From: Salmonella phage beppo
Sequence record: MT074455.1
Strand: one strand, 5' to 3'
DNA length: 32,000 bases
Within the stretch, counting starts at the first letter, position 1. Each line of letters starts with the position of its first letter. The translations under genes and the position numbers were made by a program. Under the pieces are notes generated by a model. It was not told the origin of the DNA and did no database searches. It saw only the letters and a program-made list of their open reading frames with translations. Below are positions 14,793 through 23,597 of the stretch, in pieces.

Positions 14793-16009
14793 TGGGTTTA
14801 AAAAGCTGGATTACTGAAAAGCTAAATCCGGGTCAACGTATTATAAGAGACATGGAACCAGTTAGTCATCGCACTAACCGTAAGCCATTTACCACTGGAC
14901 AAGCCTACAGTAAGATTGAGATTCTCAACCGAACTGCTAACATGGTTATCGATAGTGCGGCGGAGTGTTCTTATACTGTCGGAGATAAATATAATATTGT
15001 CACGTACGCTAATGGCGTCAAGGCAAAGACTCTAGACACTCTCTTAAATGTACGACCTAATCCATTCATGGATATAAGCACATTCCGTAGACTTGTAGTC
15101 ACTGACCTACTTTTTGAGGGTTGTGCATACATCTATTGGGATGGCACAGCACTTTACCATGTCCCTGCTGCACTAATGCAAGTAGAGGCAGATGCCAATA
15201 AGTTTATCAAAAAATTCATATTTAATAACCAGATAGACTATCGCGTAGATGAGATTATCTTTATAAAGGATAACAGTTACGTGTGTGGCACAAACTCCCA
15301 AATTTCTGGACAATCTCGTGTTGCTACAGTTATTGACTCTCTTGAGAAGCGTTCTAAAATGCTTAACTTTAAAGAGAAGTTCCTCGATAACGGCACTGTG
15401 ATTGGTCTTATTCTTGAGACGGATGAAATCCTGAACAAGAAATTGCGTGAGCGTAAACAAGAAGAATTACAACTCGATTATAATCCTAGTACGGGTCAGT
15501 CTACTGTCCTGATTCTAGATGGTGGTATGAAAGCAAAACCGTACTCCCAAATATCCTCTTTTAAAGATCTAGACTTCAAGGAAGATATCGAAGGATTTAA
15601 TAAATCCATCTGTCTTGCCTTTGGTGTTCCGCAAGTGTTACTTGATGGTGGTAATAATGCTAACATTCGACCAAACATCGAATTGTTCTATTACATGACT
15701 ATCATTCCTATGCTGAACAAGCTGACTAGTTCTCTTACTTTCTTCTTTGGCTACAAGATTACTCCTAATACTAAGGAAGTAGCTGCACTGACGCCAGATA
15801 AAGAAGCTGAGGCTAAACATTTAACCTCTTTGGTTAATAACGGTATCATGACTGGTAACGAGGCTCGTGAAGAGCTTAACCTTGAACCTTTAGATGATGA
15901 GCAGATGAATAAGATTCGTATTCCTGCTAACGTTGCTGGTTCTGCAACAGGTGTATCTGGTCAAGAAGGTGGTAGACCGCAAGGCACTGCCGATGGGGAT
16001 AAAGAATGA
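14792..16009 (+). CDS. Portal protein
   Basis: 405 aa; position; FGVPQVLLDGGNNANIR resembles HK97-type portals. Confidence 0.9.
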   Translation: MGLKSWITEKLNPGQRIIRDMEPVSHRTNRKPFTTGQAYSKIEILNRTANMVIDSAAECSYTVGDKYNIVTYANGVKAKTLDTLLNVRPNPFMDISTFRRLVVTDLLFEGCAYIYWDGTALYHVPAALMQVEADANKFIKKFIFNNQIDYRVDEIIFIKDNSYVCGTNSQISGQSRVATVIDSLEKRSKMLNFKEKFLDNGTVIGLILETDEILNKKLRERKQEELQLDYNPSTGQSTVLILDGGMKAKPYSQISSFKDLDFKEDIEGFNKSICLAFGVPQVLLDGGNNANIRPNIELFYYMTIIPMLNKLTSSLTFFFGYKITPNTKEVAALTPDKEAEAKHLTSLVNNGIMTGNEAREELNLEPLDDEQMNKIRIPANVAGSATGVSGQEGGRPQGTADGDKE

Positions 16010-16488
16010 TTGATTATGATGGTCTAAAGGCCATTTTTGGTGAAAAGCTGCCAGAATCTCATATCTTCTTTGCTACGGTTGCAGCACATAAGTTTGTTCC
16101 AAACTACGCTACTCTACGTAAAGAGTTTGGAATGACCACTGCACATACCAACCGCAAGGTTTGGAATAAGTTCAAAGAAGCATACGAAGTTACTGCTCCG
16201 GTTGTTCCGGCTCTAGCTTTCACGAAGAATCTGGCTAAAACTCTAGCTGTTGATACTGGTGCAGCAATTAATCTGGGCGTAACAGTTACTGGTGGTACTG
16301 CACCATATACTTATGCTTGGACTAAAGACGGTTCTCCACTAAGTGGTGTTACTGGCCCTAATTTCAACAAAGCTACAGCTGCTGCAGAAGATGCTGGTAC
16401 TTACAAAGTTGTTGTAACGGATAGTAAATCTACTTCTATTACTTCTAACGAGTGCGTAACAACTATCCATCCTGCGCCGGAGGCTTAA
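16006..16488 (+). CDS. Head decoration protein, T5 pb10-like, Ig-like C-terminal domain
   Basis: GEKLPESHIFFATVAAHK and APYTYAWTKDGSP resemble T5 pb10. Confidence 0.9.
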   Translation: MIDYDGLKAIFGEKLPESHIFFATVAAHKFVPNYATLRKEFGMTTAHTNRKVWNKFKEAYEVTAPVVPALAFTKNLAKTLAVDTGAAINLGVTVTGGTAPYTYAWTKDGSPLSGVTGPNFNKATAAAEDAGTYKVVVTDSKSTSITSNECVTTIHPAPEA

Positions 16489-16491
16489 TAA

Positions 16492-17124
16492 ATGACAAAT
16501 GCTGCTATTGACTATAACAAGTTAAAATCAGCACCGGTTCATTTAGACGCTTACATTAAGTCTATTGATAGCGAGTCCAAAGAGGGTGTTGTAAAAATCC
16601 GTGGATTCGCTAATACAATTAGTAAAGATCGCGCTGGCGACGTAATTCCTGCTTCGGCATGGAAAACGTCTAATGCACTTGCTAACTACATGAAAAACCC
16701 GATTATTCTTTTCGGCCACGACCATCGTCGTCCAATCGGCAAGTGTATTGATCTTAACCCTACTGAAATGGGTCTCGAAATTGAATGCGAGATTTATGAA
16801 AGTTCTGATCCAGCTATCTTCTCACTAATTAAAAACGGTGTACTGAAAACATTCAGTATCGGATTCCGCTGTCTAGATGCAGAATGGGATGAAGCTACTG
16901 ACATATTTATTATTAAAGATTTAGAACTATACGAAGTTTCGGTAGTTTCTGTACCTTGTAATCAGGACTCAACGTTCAACCTCGCTAAGAGTATGAATGG
17001 CCACGATTACACTGAATGGCGCAAATCTTTTACTGCAACAAGTTCTAAGGCTGTCCCAGCTCAAGAACGTAATCTTTCTGAACTAGAAAAACTTGCGATA
17101 GCTTTAGGCTACGTTAAAGAATAA
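16492..17124 (+). CDS. Prohead (maturation) protease
   Basis: HK97-type protease motifs (ILFGHDHRRPIGK, FSIGF, ELYEVSVVSVP). Confidence 0.9.
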   Translation: MTNAAIDYNKLKSAPVHLDAYIKSIDSESKEGVVKIRGFANTISKDRAGDVIPASAWKTSNALANYMKNPIILFGHDHRRPIGKCIDLNPTEMGLEIECEIYESSDPAIFSLIKNGVLKTFSIGFRCLDAEWDEATDIFIIKDLELYEVSVVSVPCNQDSTFNLAKSMNGHDYTEWRKSFTATSSKAVPAQERNLSELEKLAIALGYVKE

Positions 17125-17141
17125 CGGAGAATTATTTAAAA

Positions 17142-18518
17142 ATGACTATTGATATTAATAAGCTGAAGGAAGAACTTGGTCTGGGTGATCTGGCTAAATC
17201 TCTGGAAGGTCTGACTGCTGCTCAGAAAGCTGCGGAAGCTAAGCGTCTGCGTGAAGAGCAGGAAGAAAAAGAACTGGCTCGTATGAACGATCTAGTATCT
17301 AAAGCTGTTGGTGAAGACCGTAAGCGTCTGGAAGAAGCTCTGGATCTGGTTAAGAACCTGGATGAGAAGTCTAAGAAGAGCGCAGAACTGTTTGCACAGA
17401 CTGTAGAAAAGCAACAGGAAACCATCGTTGGTCTTCAGGACGAAATTAAGTCTCTGTTGGCAGCTCGTGAAGGTCGTTCCTTCGTTGGTGATAGCGTAGC
17501 TAAAGCTCTTTATGGCACTCAGGATGCTTTCGAAGATGAAGTTGAGAAACTGGTTCTTCTGTCTTATATGATGGAGAAGGACGTATTCGAAACTGAACAT
17601 GGTAAGGCTCACGTTAAAGCTGTTAACGGTTCTTCTTCCGTTTCCATGTCTAGCGAAGCATACGAAACTATCTTCTCTACCCGTATTATCCGTGACCTGC
17701 AGAAGGAACTGGTAGTTGGTGCACTGTTCGATGAACTGCCAATGTCCAGCAAAATCCTTACTATGCTCGTTGAACCAGAAGCTGGTCGTGCTACTTGGGT
17801 AGATGCTTCCAAATTCGGTACTGACGAAACTGTTGGTGACGAAGTTAAAGGTCAACTGACTGAAATCAGCTTCAAAACTTACAAGCTAGCTGCTAAGTCC
17901 TTCATCACTGATGAAACTGAAGAAGATGCAATCTTCTCCTTGCTGCCTCTGCTGCGTAAGCGTCTAATCGAAGCACACGCTGTTTCTATCGAAGAAGCTT
18001 TCATGTCCGGTAATGGTACTGGTCAGCCTAAGGGTCTGCTGAAACTGGCTGCTGATGATGGTGCTAAGGTTGTTACCGAAGCTAAAGCTGACGGTTCTGT
18101 TCTGGTAACTGCTAAAACTATCTCCAAGCTGCGTCGTAAACTGGGCCGTCACGGTCTGAAACTGAGCAAACTGGTACTGATCGTATCTATGGATGCTTAC
18201 TACGATCTGCTGGAAGATGAAGAATGGCAGGATGTTGCCCAGGTTGGTAACGATGCTGTTAAACTGCAGGGTCAGGTTGGTCGTATTTACGGTCTGCCGG
18301 TTGTAGTTTCTGAGTACTTCCCAGCTAAAGCTGCTTCCGCTGAATTCGCAGTTATTGTTTATAAAGATAACTTCGTAATGCCGCGTCAGCGTGCCGTTAC
18401 TGTTGAACGTGAGCGCCAAGCTGGCAAACAGCGTGACGCATACTACGTTACCCAGCGTGTTAACCTGCAACGTTACTTCGAAAACGGCGTTGTATCTGGT
18501 GCTTACGCTGCATCTTAA
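17142..18518 (+). CDS. Major capsid protein, T5 pb8-like, HK97 fold with N-terminal delta domain
   Basis: Very high similarity to the T5 pb8 sequence as remembered. Confidence 0.95.
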   Translation: MTIDINKLKEELGLGDLAKSLEGLTAAQKAAEAKRLREEQEEKELARMNDLVSKAVGEDRKRLEEALDLVKNLDEKSKKSAELFAQTVEKQQETIVGLQDEIKSLLAAREGRSFVGDSVAKALYGTQDAFEDEVEKLVLLSYMMEKDVFETEHGKAHVKAVNGSSSVSMSSEAYETIFSTRIIRDLQKELVVGALFDELPMSSKILTMLVEPEAGRATWVDASKFGTDETVGDEVKGQLTEISFKTYKLAAKSFITDETEEDAIFSLLPLLRKRLIEAHAVSIEEAFMSGNGTGQPKGLLKLAADDGAKVVTEAKADGSVLVTAKTISKLRRKLGRHGLKLSKLVLIVSMDAYYDLLEDEEWQDVAQVGNDAVKLQGQVGRIYGLPVVVSEYFPAKAASAEFAVIVYKDNFVMPRQRAVTVERERQAGKQRDAYYVTQRVNLQRYFENGVVSGAYAAS

Positions 18519-18537
18519 TACAGGCTTTTCAGCCGAT

Positions 18538-18563
18538 AAGGAGAGCTTCGGCTCTCCTTTTTT
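18538..18563 (+). terminator. Intrinsic terminator AAGGAGAGC-TTCG-GCTCTCCTT + TTTT
   Basis: 9-bp stem, TTCG tetraloop, U-tract. Confidence 0.9.
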
Positions 18564-18577
18564 ATTGGGAAAAATAA

Positions 18578-19090
18578 ATGCAAATCATCACTGTTGAAGA
18601 CTACAGACTATATGCTAATGCAAAGCGACCTGATATGGAAACTCAGGTTGAGATGATGATTAAAGCTGCCAATACGCTGATTACAAGCCTTCTAGGTATG
18701 GATGATGCAGATGCGGTAGATCAATTAATCACTACAAAACCTAGCCGTAGGAAATATTTTCTGAGTTCCCCCTCAGCCACATCTATTACAAAAATGACTA
18801 TTAACGAGAATGAAATAGACCCGGAACAGTTTAAATTGTACCCTGATGGTGTTATTCTTCTTAAGTTTAATCCTCCTGAAGGATATATGGATGTAGAATA
18901 TACCCAAGGTGGTTTCAATCCAATGCCTGAAGATCTTAAGCTGGCAGCATGCCTGTTAGTAGATCACTGGCATAAGCAAGATTATCGTCAAGCCAAGACT
19001 ATTGGCGGGGAGACAATTACGTTTAATAGTACTAAGTCTGGTATTCCAGAGCATATTCGTACAATCGTCGAAGTATATAGGAGAGTATAA
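18578..19090 (+). CDS. Head completion protein (T5 p144-like)
   Basis: 170 aa; position directly after the major capsid gene. Confidence 0.75.
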   Translation: MQIITVEDYRLYANAKRPDMETQVEMMIKAANTLITSLLGMDDADAVDQLITTKPSRRKYFLSSPSATSITKMTINENEIDPEQFKLYPDGVILLKFNPPEGYMDVEYTQGGFNPMPEDLKLAACLLVDHWHKQDYRQAKTIGGETITFNSTKSGIPEHIRTIVEVYRRV

Positions 19091-19857
19091 TGGCTCTTTC
19101 TGATCTAGCTACACAAATTATTAAAGAGCAGCTAGATACTGCTGGACGATCTGAGAATAATAAGAATACTGTTGTATACACAGTTGAGACTGGTTTGAAA
19201 GATCCTACAAGAGACGGTACAGTTGCACAGGTATCTTTCAAGTTCTCAAAGCCAGTGTCACAAGACTTATTAAATGTTAGGACAGCATCTATACTGAAGG
19301 CTGTCTCTTCGAACTTAGATCTTTCTGGTGATTTAGGCGCTCTAGAGAATCTGATTCAAGCAACCGCAGGCAAACGTTCTGCTGTTGGTAAAAAACGTTC
19401 TACCGGTAGAGTTCAAGTAAACTTTGGAGATCCTAGAGATACTGAAGAGGGCTATTCTGGTGCAGTAACAGGTGCTTCTGGTCGTTTTGTATCAAATAGC
19501 AACATGCGTGTTATTCTTGAATTAGTTGCTAAGGAATACTTAATTAAGGATATGAAAAAAGCGGGGGCGCCATTGAAGTTCAGAACTGGTCGCTTCGCTA
19601 ACTCCTTAAAGATTAAAGACGTTATGCTACGTGATGTAGAAACTAGTAAAGGTGCTCCAGAGCTGAATGTGACGTATAACTATATGGTTCGTCCTTACTC
19701 TGTGTTCAACCCCGCAGTTTCTACATACCGAAGACTTTCTCTACGACCTTACCCTGGCGCTCGAAACCCCCAAAAACTTATTGGGGAAGCAATCGCAAAA
19801 GCTGCAAGAGACCTGATTCACTCTAGATATAAAATCAAGGTTAATCAAGGAACTTAA
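19090..19857 (+). CDS. Tail completion protein (T5 p143-like)
   Basis: 255 aa; colinear position. Confidence 0.7.
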   Translation: MALSDLATQIIKEQLDTAGRSENNKNTVVYTVETGLKDPTRDGTVAQVSFKFSKPVSQDLLNVRTASILKAVSSNLDLSGDLGALENLIQATAGKRSAVGKKRSTGRVQVNFGDPRDTEEGYSGAVTGASGRFVSNSNMRVILELVAKEYLIKDMKKAGAPLKFRTGRFANSLKIKDVMLRDVETSKGAPELNVTYNYMVRPYSVFNPAVSTYRRLSLRPYPGARNPQKLIGEAIAKAARDLIHSRYKIKVNQGT

Positions 19858-19860
19858 TAA

Positions 19861-20346
19861 ATGGATCACAGAACAAGTATTGCACAAGCAGTGGTTGACC
19901 GAATCGCCACACAAATGGATGGTTCACAACCTGATGAGTATTTCAATAACCTTTATGGAAACGTTTCTCGTCAAACTTATAAATTCGAGGAAATCCGAGA
20001 ATTTCCTTATGTGGCAGTCCATATCGGAACTGAAACTGGGCAGTATCTTCCCTCAGGCCAACAGTGGGTGTTTTTAGAACTTCCAATCCTCGTGTATGAC
20101 AAAGAGAAAACAGATATTCAAGAGCAACTTGAAAAACTCGTAGCTGACATAAAAACCGTCATTGACACAGGTGGAAATTTAGAATATACTGTTAGTAAAC
20201 CTAATGGATCGACCTTCCCATGTGAGGCAACTGATATGAGCATCACCTCAGTAGCTACAGATGAGGGTCTACTGGCCCCATATGGTTTAGCGGAAATAAA
20301 TGTAACAGTGAGGTATCAGCCACCTCGTAGGGCACTTCGCAGATAA
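19861..20346 (+). CDS. Tail terminator protein (T5 p142-like)
   Basis: 161 aa; colinear position upstream of the tail tube gene. Confidence 0.75.
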   Translation: MDHRTSIAQAVVDRIATQMDGSQPDEYFNNLYGNVSRQTYKFEEIREFPYVAVHIGTETGQYLPSGQQWVFLELPILVYDKEKTDIQEQLEKLVADIKTVIDTGGNLEYTVSKPNGSTFPCEATDMSITSVATDEGLLAPYGLAEINVTVRYQPPRRALRR

Positions 20347-20372
20347 GTTACAGATTAGGAGAATATAAATAA

Positions 20373-21782
20373 ATGTCTTTACAACTATTACGTAATACTC
20401 GAATCTTCGTGTCTACGGTTAAGACTGGTCACGATAAGACCAACACGCAAGAGATTCTAGTTCAAGATGATATTTCTTGGGGTCAGGACAGTAACTCAAC
20501 CGATATTACTGTTAACGAAGCTGGTCCTCGTCCAACTCGTGGTTCAAAACGTTTCAACGACTCCCTGAACGCAGCTGAGTGGAGTTTCTCTACTTACATC
20601 CTGCCTTACTTAGATAAGACTACTAGTAAGCAGATCGTTCCGGACTACATGCTGTGGCATGCTCTTTCTAGTGGTAAGCCTATCAACCTAGAGGGCAATA
20701 CAGGTGCTCACACTAACGAAGCTAACTTCATGGTTAACTTTAAGGATAACGCATACCACGAGCTGGCAATGCTACATATTTACATCCTTACTGATAAAGC
20801 ATGGAGCTACATCGATTCCTGTCAGATCAACCAGGCTGAAGTAAACGTTGATATCGAAGATATCGGTCGTGTAACTTGGTCAGGTAATGGTAACCAGCTG
20901 ATCCCTCTGGATGCTGCTCCATTTGATCCTGATACTGTAGGTATTGATGATGAAACTTACATGACTATCCAGGGTTCTTACATCAAGAACAAACTGACTA
21001 TCCTCAAAATTAAGGATATGGATACTGGTAAGGCATATGACATTCCGATCACTGGTGGTAGTTTTACAATTAACAACAACATCACCTATCTGACTCCTAA
21101 CGTCATGTCCCGTGTTAACATCCCAATCGGTTCATTTACTGGTGCATTCGAATTAACTGGTTCTCTAACTGCGTATCTTAACGATAAAGCTCTAGGTTCT
21201 ATGGATCTGTACAAAGATCTGGCTAAGACCCTGAAAGTAGTTAACCGTTTCGAAATCGCTCTAGTACTTGGCGGTGAATATGATGATGAGCGCCCTGCTG
21301 CTATTCTAGTTGCTAAGCAAGCTCACGTTAACATCCCGACTATTGAGACTGACGATGTACTTGGTACTTCTGTAGAGTTCAAAGCAATTCCTACTGATCT
21401 GGACACTGGTGATGAAGGTTATCTTGGTTTCTCTAATAAGTACACTAAAACTACTATTGCAAATCTGATTGCAACTGGTGACGGTGGTAAAGCAGCTCCG
21501 GTTAAGGTAACAGGTATTACTGTTAAATCCGCAGGTGATGCAGCTTCCGTTGATAATAGTGCAACTCTTCAGATGACTGTAGATGTTTTGCCTGCTGAAG
21601 CTACTAATAAGGAAGTAACTTGGTCTATTTCCTCCGGTACTGCGGCTACTATTGATGCAACTTCTGGTTTACTGACCGCTGATGCTTCTAAGACTGGTGC
21701 AGTTACTGTGAAAGCCGTAGCTAAAGATGGTTCTGGTGTAGAAGGTACTAAGAGCATTACAGTTACTGCTTCTGGTGGCTAA
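20373..21782 (+). CDS. Major tail tube protein, T5 pb6-like, C-terminal BIG_2-type Ig-like domain
   Basis: 469 aa; Ig-like tail VTGITVKSAGDAASVDNSATLQMTVDVLPAEATNKEVTW. Confidence 0.85.
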   Translation: MSLQLLRNTRIFVSTVKTGHDKTNTQEILVQDDISWGQDSNSTDITVNEAGPRPTRGSKRFNDSLNAAEWSFSTYILPYLDKTTSKQIVPDYMLWHALSSGKPINLEGNTGAHTNEANFMVNFKDNAYHELAMLHIYILTDKAWSYIDSCQINQAEVNVDIEDIGRVTWSGNGNQLIPLDAAPFDPDTVGIDDETYMTIQGSYIKNKLTILKIKDMDTGKAYDIPITGGSFTINNNITYLTPNVMSRVNIPIGSFTGAFELTGSLTAYLNDKALGSMDLYKDLAKTLKVVNRFEIALVLGGEYDDERPAAILVAKQAHVNIPTIETDDVLGTSVEFKAIPTDLDTGDEGYLGFSNKYTKTTIANLIATGDGGKAAPVKVTGITVKSAGDAASVDNSATLQMTVDVLPAEATNKEVTWSISSGTAATIDATSGLLTADASKTGAVTVKAVAKDGSGVEGTKSITVTASGG

Positions 21783-21786
21783 TTAA

Positions 21787-22686
21787 ATGTACTACTCTCT
21801 AATGAGGGAGTCAAAAGTTATAGTTGAGTATGATGGCAGGGCGTATCATTTTGATGCCCTGTCAAATTACGATATCAATACGTCCTATGAGGAATTTAAA
21901 ACTCTTCGTAGGACTATCCATCGTAGAACCAACTATGCTGACTCTATTATTAATGCACAAACTCCATCTTCAATATCACTGGCTATAAATTTTAGTAATA
22001 CCCTTACTGAAGCTAACTTCTTTGAATGGATGGGCTTTGACCGAGAGGGTAATACATTCTTACTACCACTTTATAGTACAAATATTGAGCCAACAATGTT
22101 TAATATATACATAGTTAATAAAGATAATAACTGTGTGTACTTTGAGAACTGCTATGTATCTACTGTAGACTTTTCTCTAGACAAAAGCGTTCCTATCCTA
22201 AACGTAGGAATTGAATCTGGTAAGTTCTCTGAGGTGTCTACTTTTACTCCTGCTGGTTCTATTGTTCAGGGTGAAGTTATATCATATAGTCCTCCTAGAG
22301 TATCCACCAATAGTAATGTTTTACCAGCTCTTTTATCCGCTTCTATGTCATTCCAGCAACAATGTTCTTGGAGGGAAGATAAAAGCGTATTTGACATAAA
22401 CAAAATATATAATAATAAGAGAGCTTATGTTAATGAAATGAATGCTTCGGCAACAATTGCATTTTATTACACTAAGCGATTTGCTAGTGATATGTTTTAT
22501 AATATTGAACCCGAAGCTGACATACCATTAACCATCCGGAATGAACATATTTCGATTGACTTCCCTTCAGCACGTATAACAAAACGCCTACAATTCTCGG
22601 ATATATACAGAGTTGAATGGGATGTAATCCCTACTGCAGACTCTGATCCGGTAAGAATCGACTTCTTTGGAGAAATAAAGAAATGA
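21787..22686 (+). CDS. Minor tail protein (T5 p140-like)
   Basis: 299 aa; colinear position. Confidence 0.65.
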   Translation: MYYSLMRESKVIVEYDGRAYHFDALSNYDINTSYEEFKTLRRTIHRRTNYADSIINAQTPSSISLAINFSNTLTEANFFEWMGFDREGNTFLLPLYSTNIEPTMFNIYIVNKDNNCVYFENCYVSTVDFSLDKSVPILNVGIESGKFSEVSTFTPAGSIVQGEVISYSPPRVSTNSNVLPALLSASMSFQQQCSWREDKSVFDINKIYNNKRAYVNEMNASATIAFYYTKRFASDMFYNIEPEADIPLTIRNEHISIDFPSARITKRLQFSDIYRVEWDVIPTADSDPVRIDFFGEIKK

Positions 22687-23087
22687 TCAATTTAAAAGAT
22701 ATTACCCTCGAAACTCGTACTATTGAGCTGGCTTACCCAGGTATGCCTAACTTCAAGCTGCAACTGAACTACATGTCTCGTGCTGCATCTAAGCGTGTTA
22801 TCTCTTCCGCTAAGCGTGATGAGTGGGTTAACGGTACTATGATTCAGGTTCAGGACGATGATAAGTTTATTGAAGCTTTCGTTGATACTGCAATTGCTGG
22901 CTGGACTGGCTTGACTATTGGAGACGTTGAGAAACTGATGCTTATCGAAACTGAAGCTGATCCTACTACTGAAGTTCCATTTAGCCGCGATAATGCTATC
23001 ATGCTTATGCAGAACTCTGCTGCGTTTGATTCTTGGATCAACCAGACAGTGTTCCACTTAGACACTTTTCGTAGCTCAAAAGCGTAA
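22683..23087 (+). CDS. Tail assembly chaperone, upstream (zero-frame) product
   Basis: Gene pair just upstream of the tape measure gene. Confidence 0.8.
   Translation: MINLKDITLETRTIELAYPGMPNFKLQLNYMSRAASKRVISSAKRDEWVNGTMIQVQDDDKFIEAFVDTAIAGWTGLTIGDVEKLMLIETEADPTTEVPFSRDNAIMLMQNSAAFDSWINQTVFHLDTFRSSKA
23067..23072 (+). other. Candidate +1 programmed frameshift site UUU_CGU
   Basis: Zero-frame ACT TTT CGT; slip TTT to TTC joins frame +1 inside the short overlap between a +1-frame TAG and the zero-frame TAA at 23085. Confidence 0.55.
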
Positions 23088-23148
23088 GCAGTTACTAGAT
23101 GCTATTGCCGATTTTGCAGATAAATGCATTAAATCCTCAGCATCTAAA

Positions 23149-23517
23149 ATGACAAAACAACAATATTTAATGCTTTGCGAGTCTCTAGGTATTGAACCTG
23201 ATCCTAAGGCAATGCCTGTTGAACTCGAAGATTTTCCACCTATTGTATCTACTAGTATGAATATTTATAATAGTCTTATTGACTGTTTCATACCAGGTGA
23301 CTTTCCTATATTTATAGGGAAAGACAAAAGTGCATTAGGTGTTTTATTTGATATCTACGGGATTACTGATCCTATAGAGAAAGAGTTTGTTCTACACATA
23401 ATCAATATATTTGATTCGAAAGCTGTAGATGCAGCTCGTAAGAGAGCCGAGAAGCATGGTAAACAAAATGGTCGCACTCCGAACATTAAACCGCATGCTA
23501 GATCTCGAGCTCAGTAA
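23149..23517 (+). CDS. Tail assembly chaperone, C-terminal extension; open from 23071 in the +1 frame
   Basis: The +1 frame reads VAQKRKQLLDAIADFADKCIKSSASKM upstream of the annotated Met. Confidence 0.7.
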   Translation: MTKQQYLMLCESLGIEPDPKAMPVELEDFPPIVSTSMNIYNSLIDCFIPGDFPIFIGKDKSALGVLFDIYGITDPIEKEFVLHIINIFDSKAVDAARKRAEKHGKQNGRTPNIKPHARSRAQ

Positions 23518-23552
23518 AAGTTTCCTCCAATGGGCGTTCCACGATGAGGCTT

Positions 23553-23583
23553 GGCTCTGGGTGATTTGCCCAGAGCCTTTTTT
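23553..23583 (+). terminator. Intrinsic terminator GGCTCTGGG-TGATTTG-CCCAGAGCC + TTTTTT
   Basis: 9-bp stem and U-tract directly before the tape measure gene. Confidence 0.9.
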
Positions 23584-23597
23584 ATTGGGAAAAATAA

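Noticed and set aside
17222-18470. Long antisense ORFs (187, 168, 67 and 67 aa) across the major capsid gene
   Set aside because: Antisense shadows caused by strong codon bias of a highly expressed gene; the sense protein is clearly conserved.
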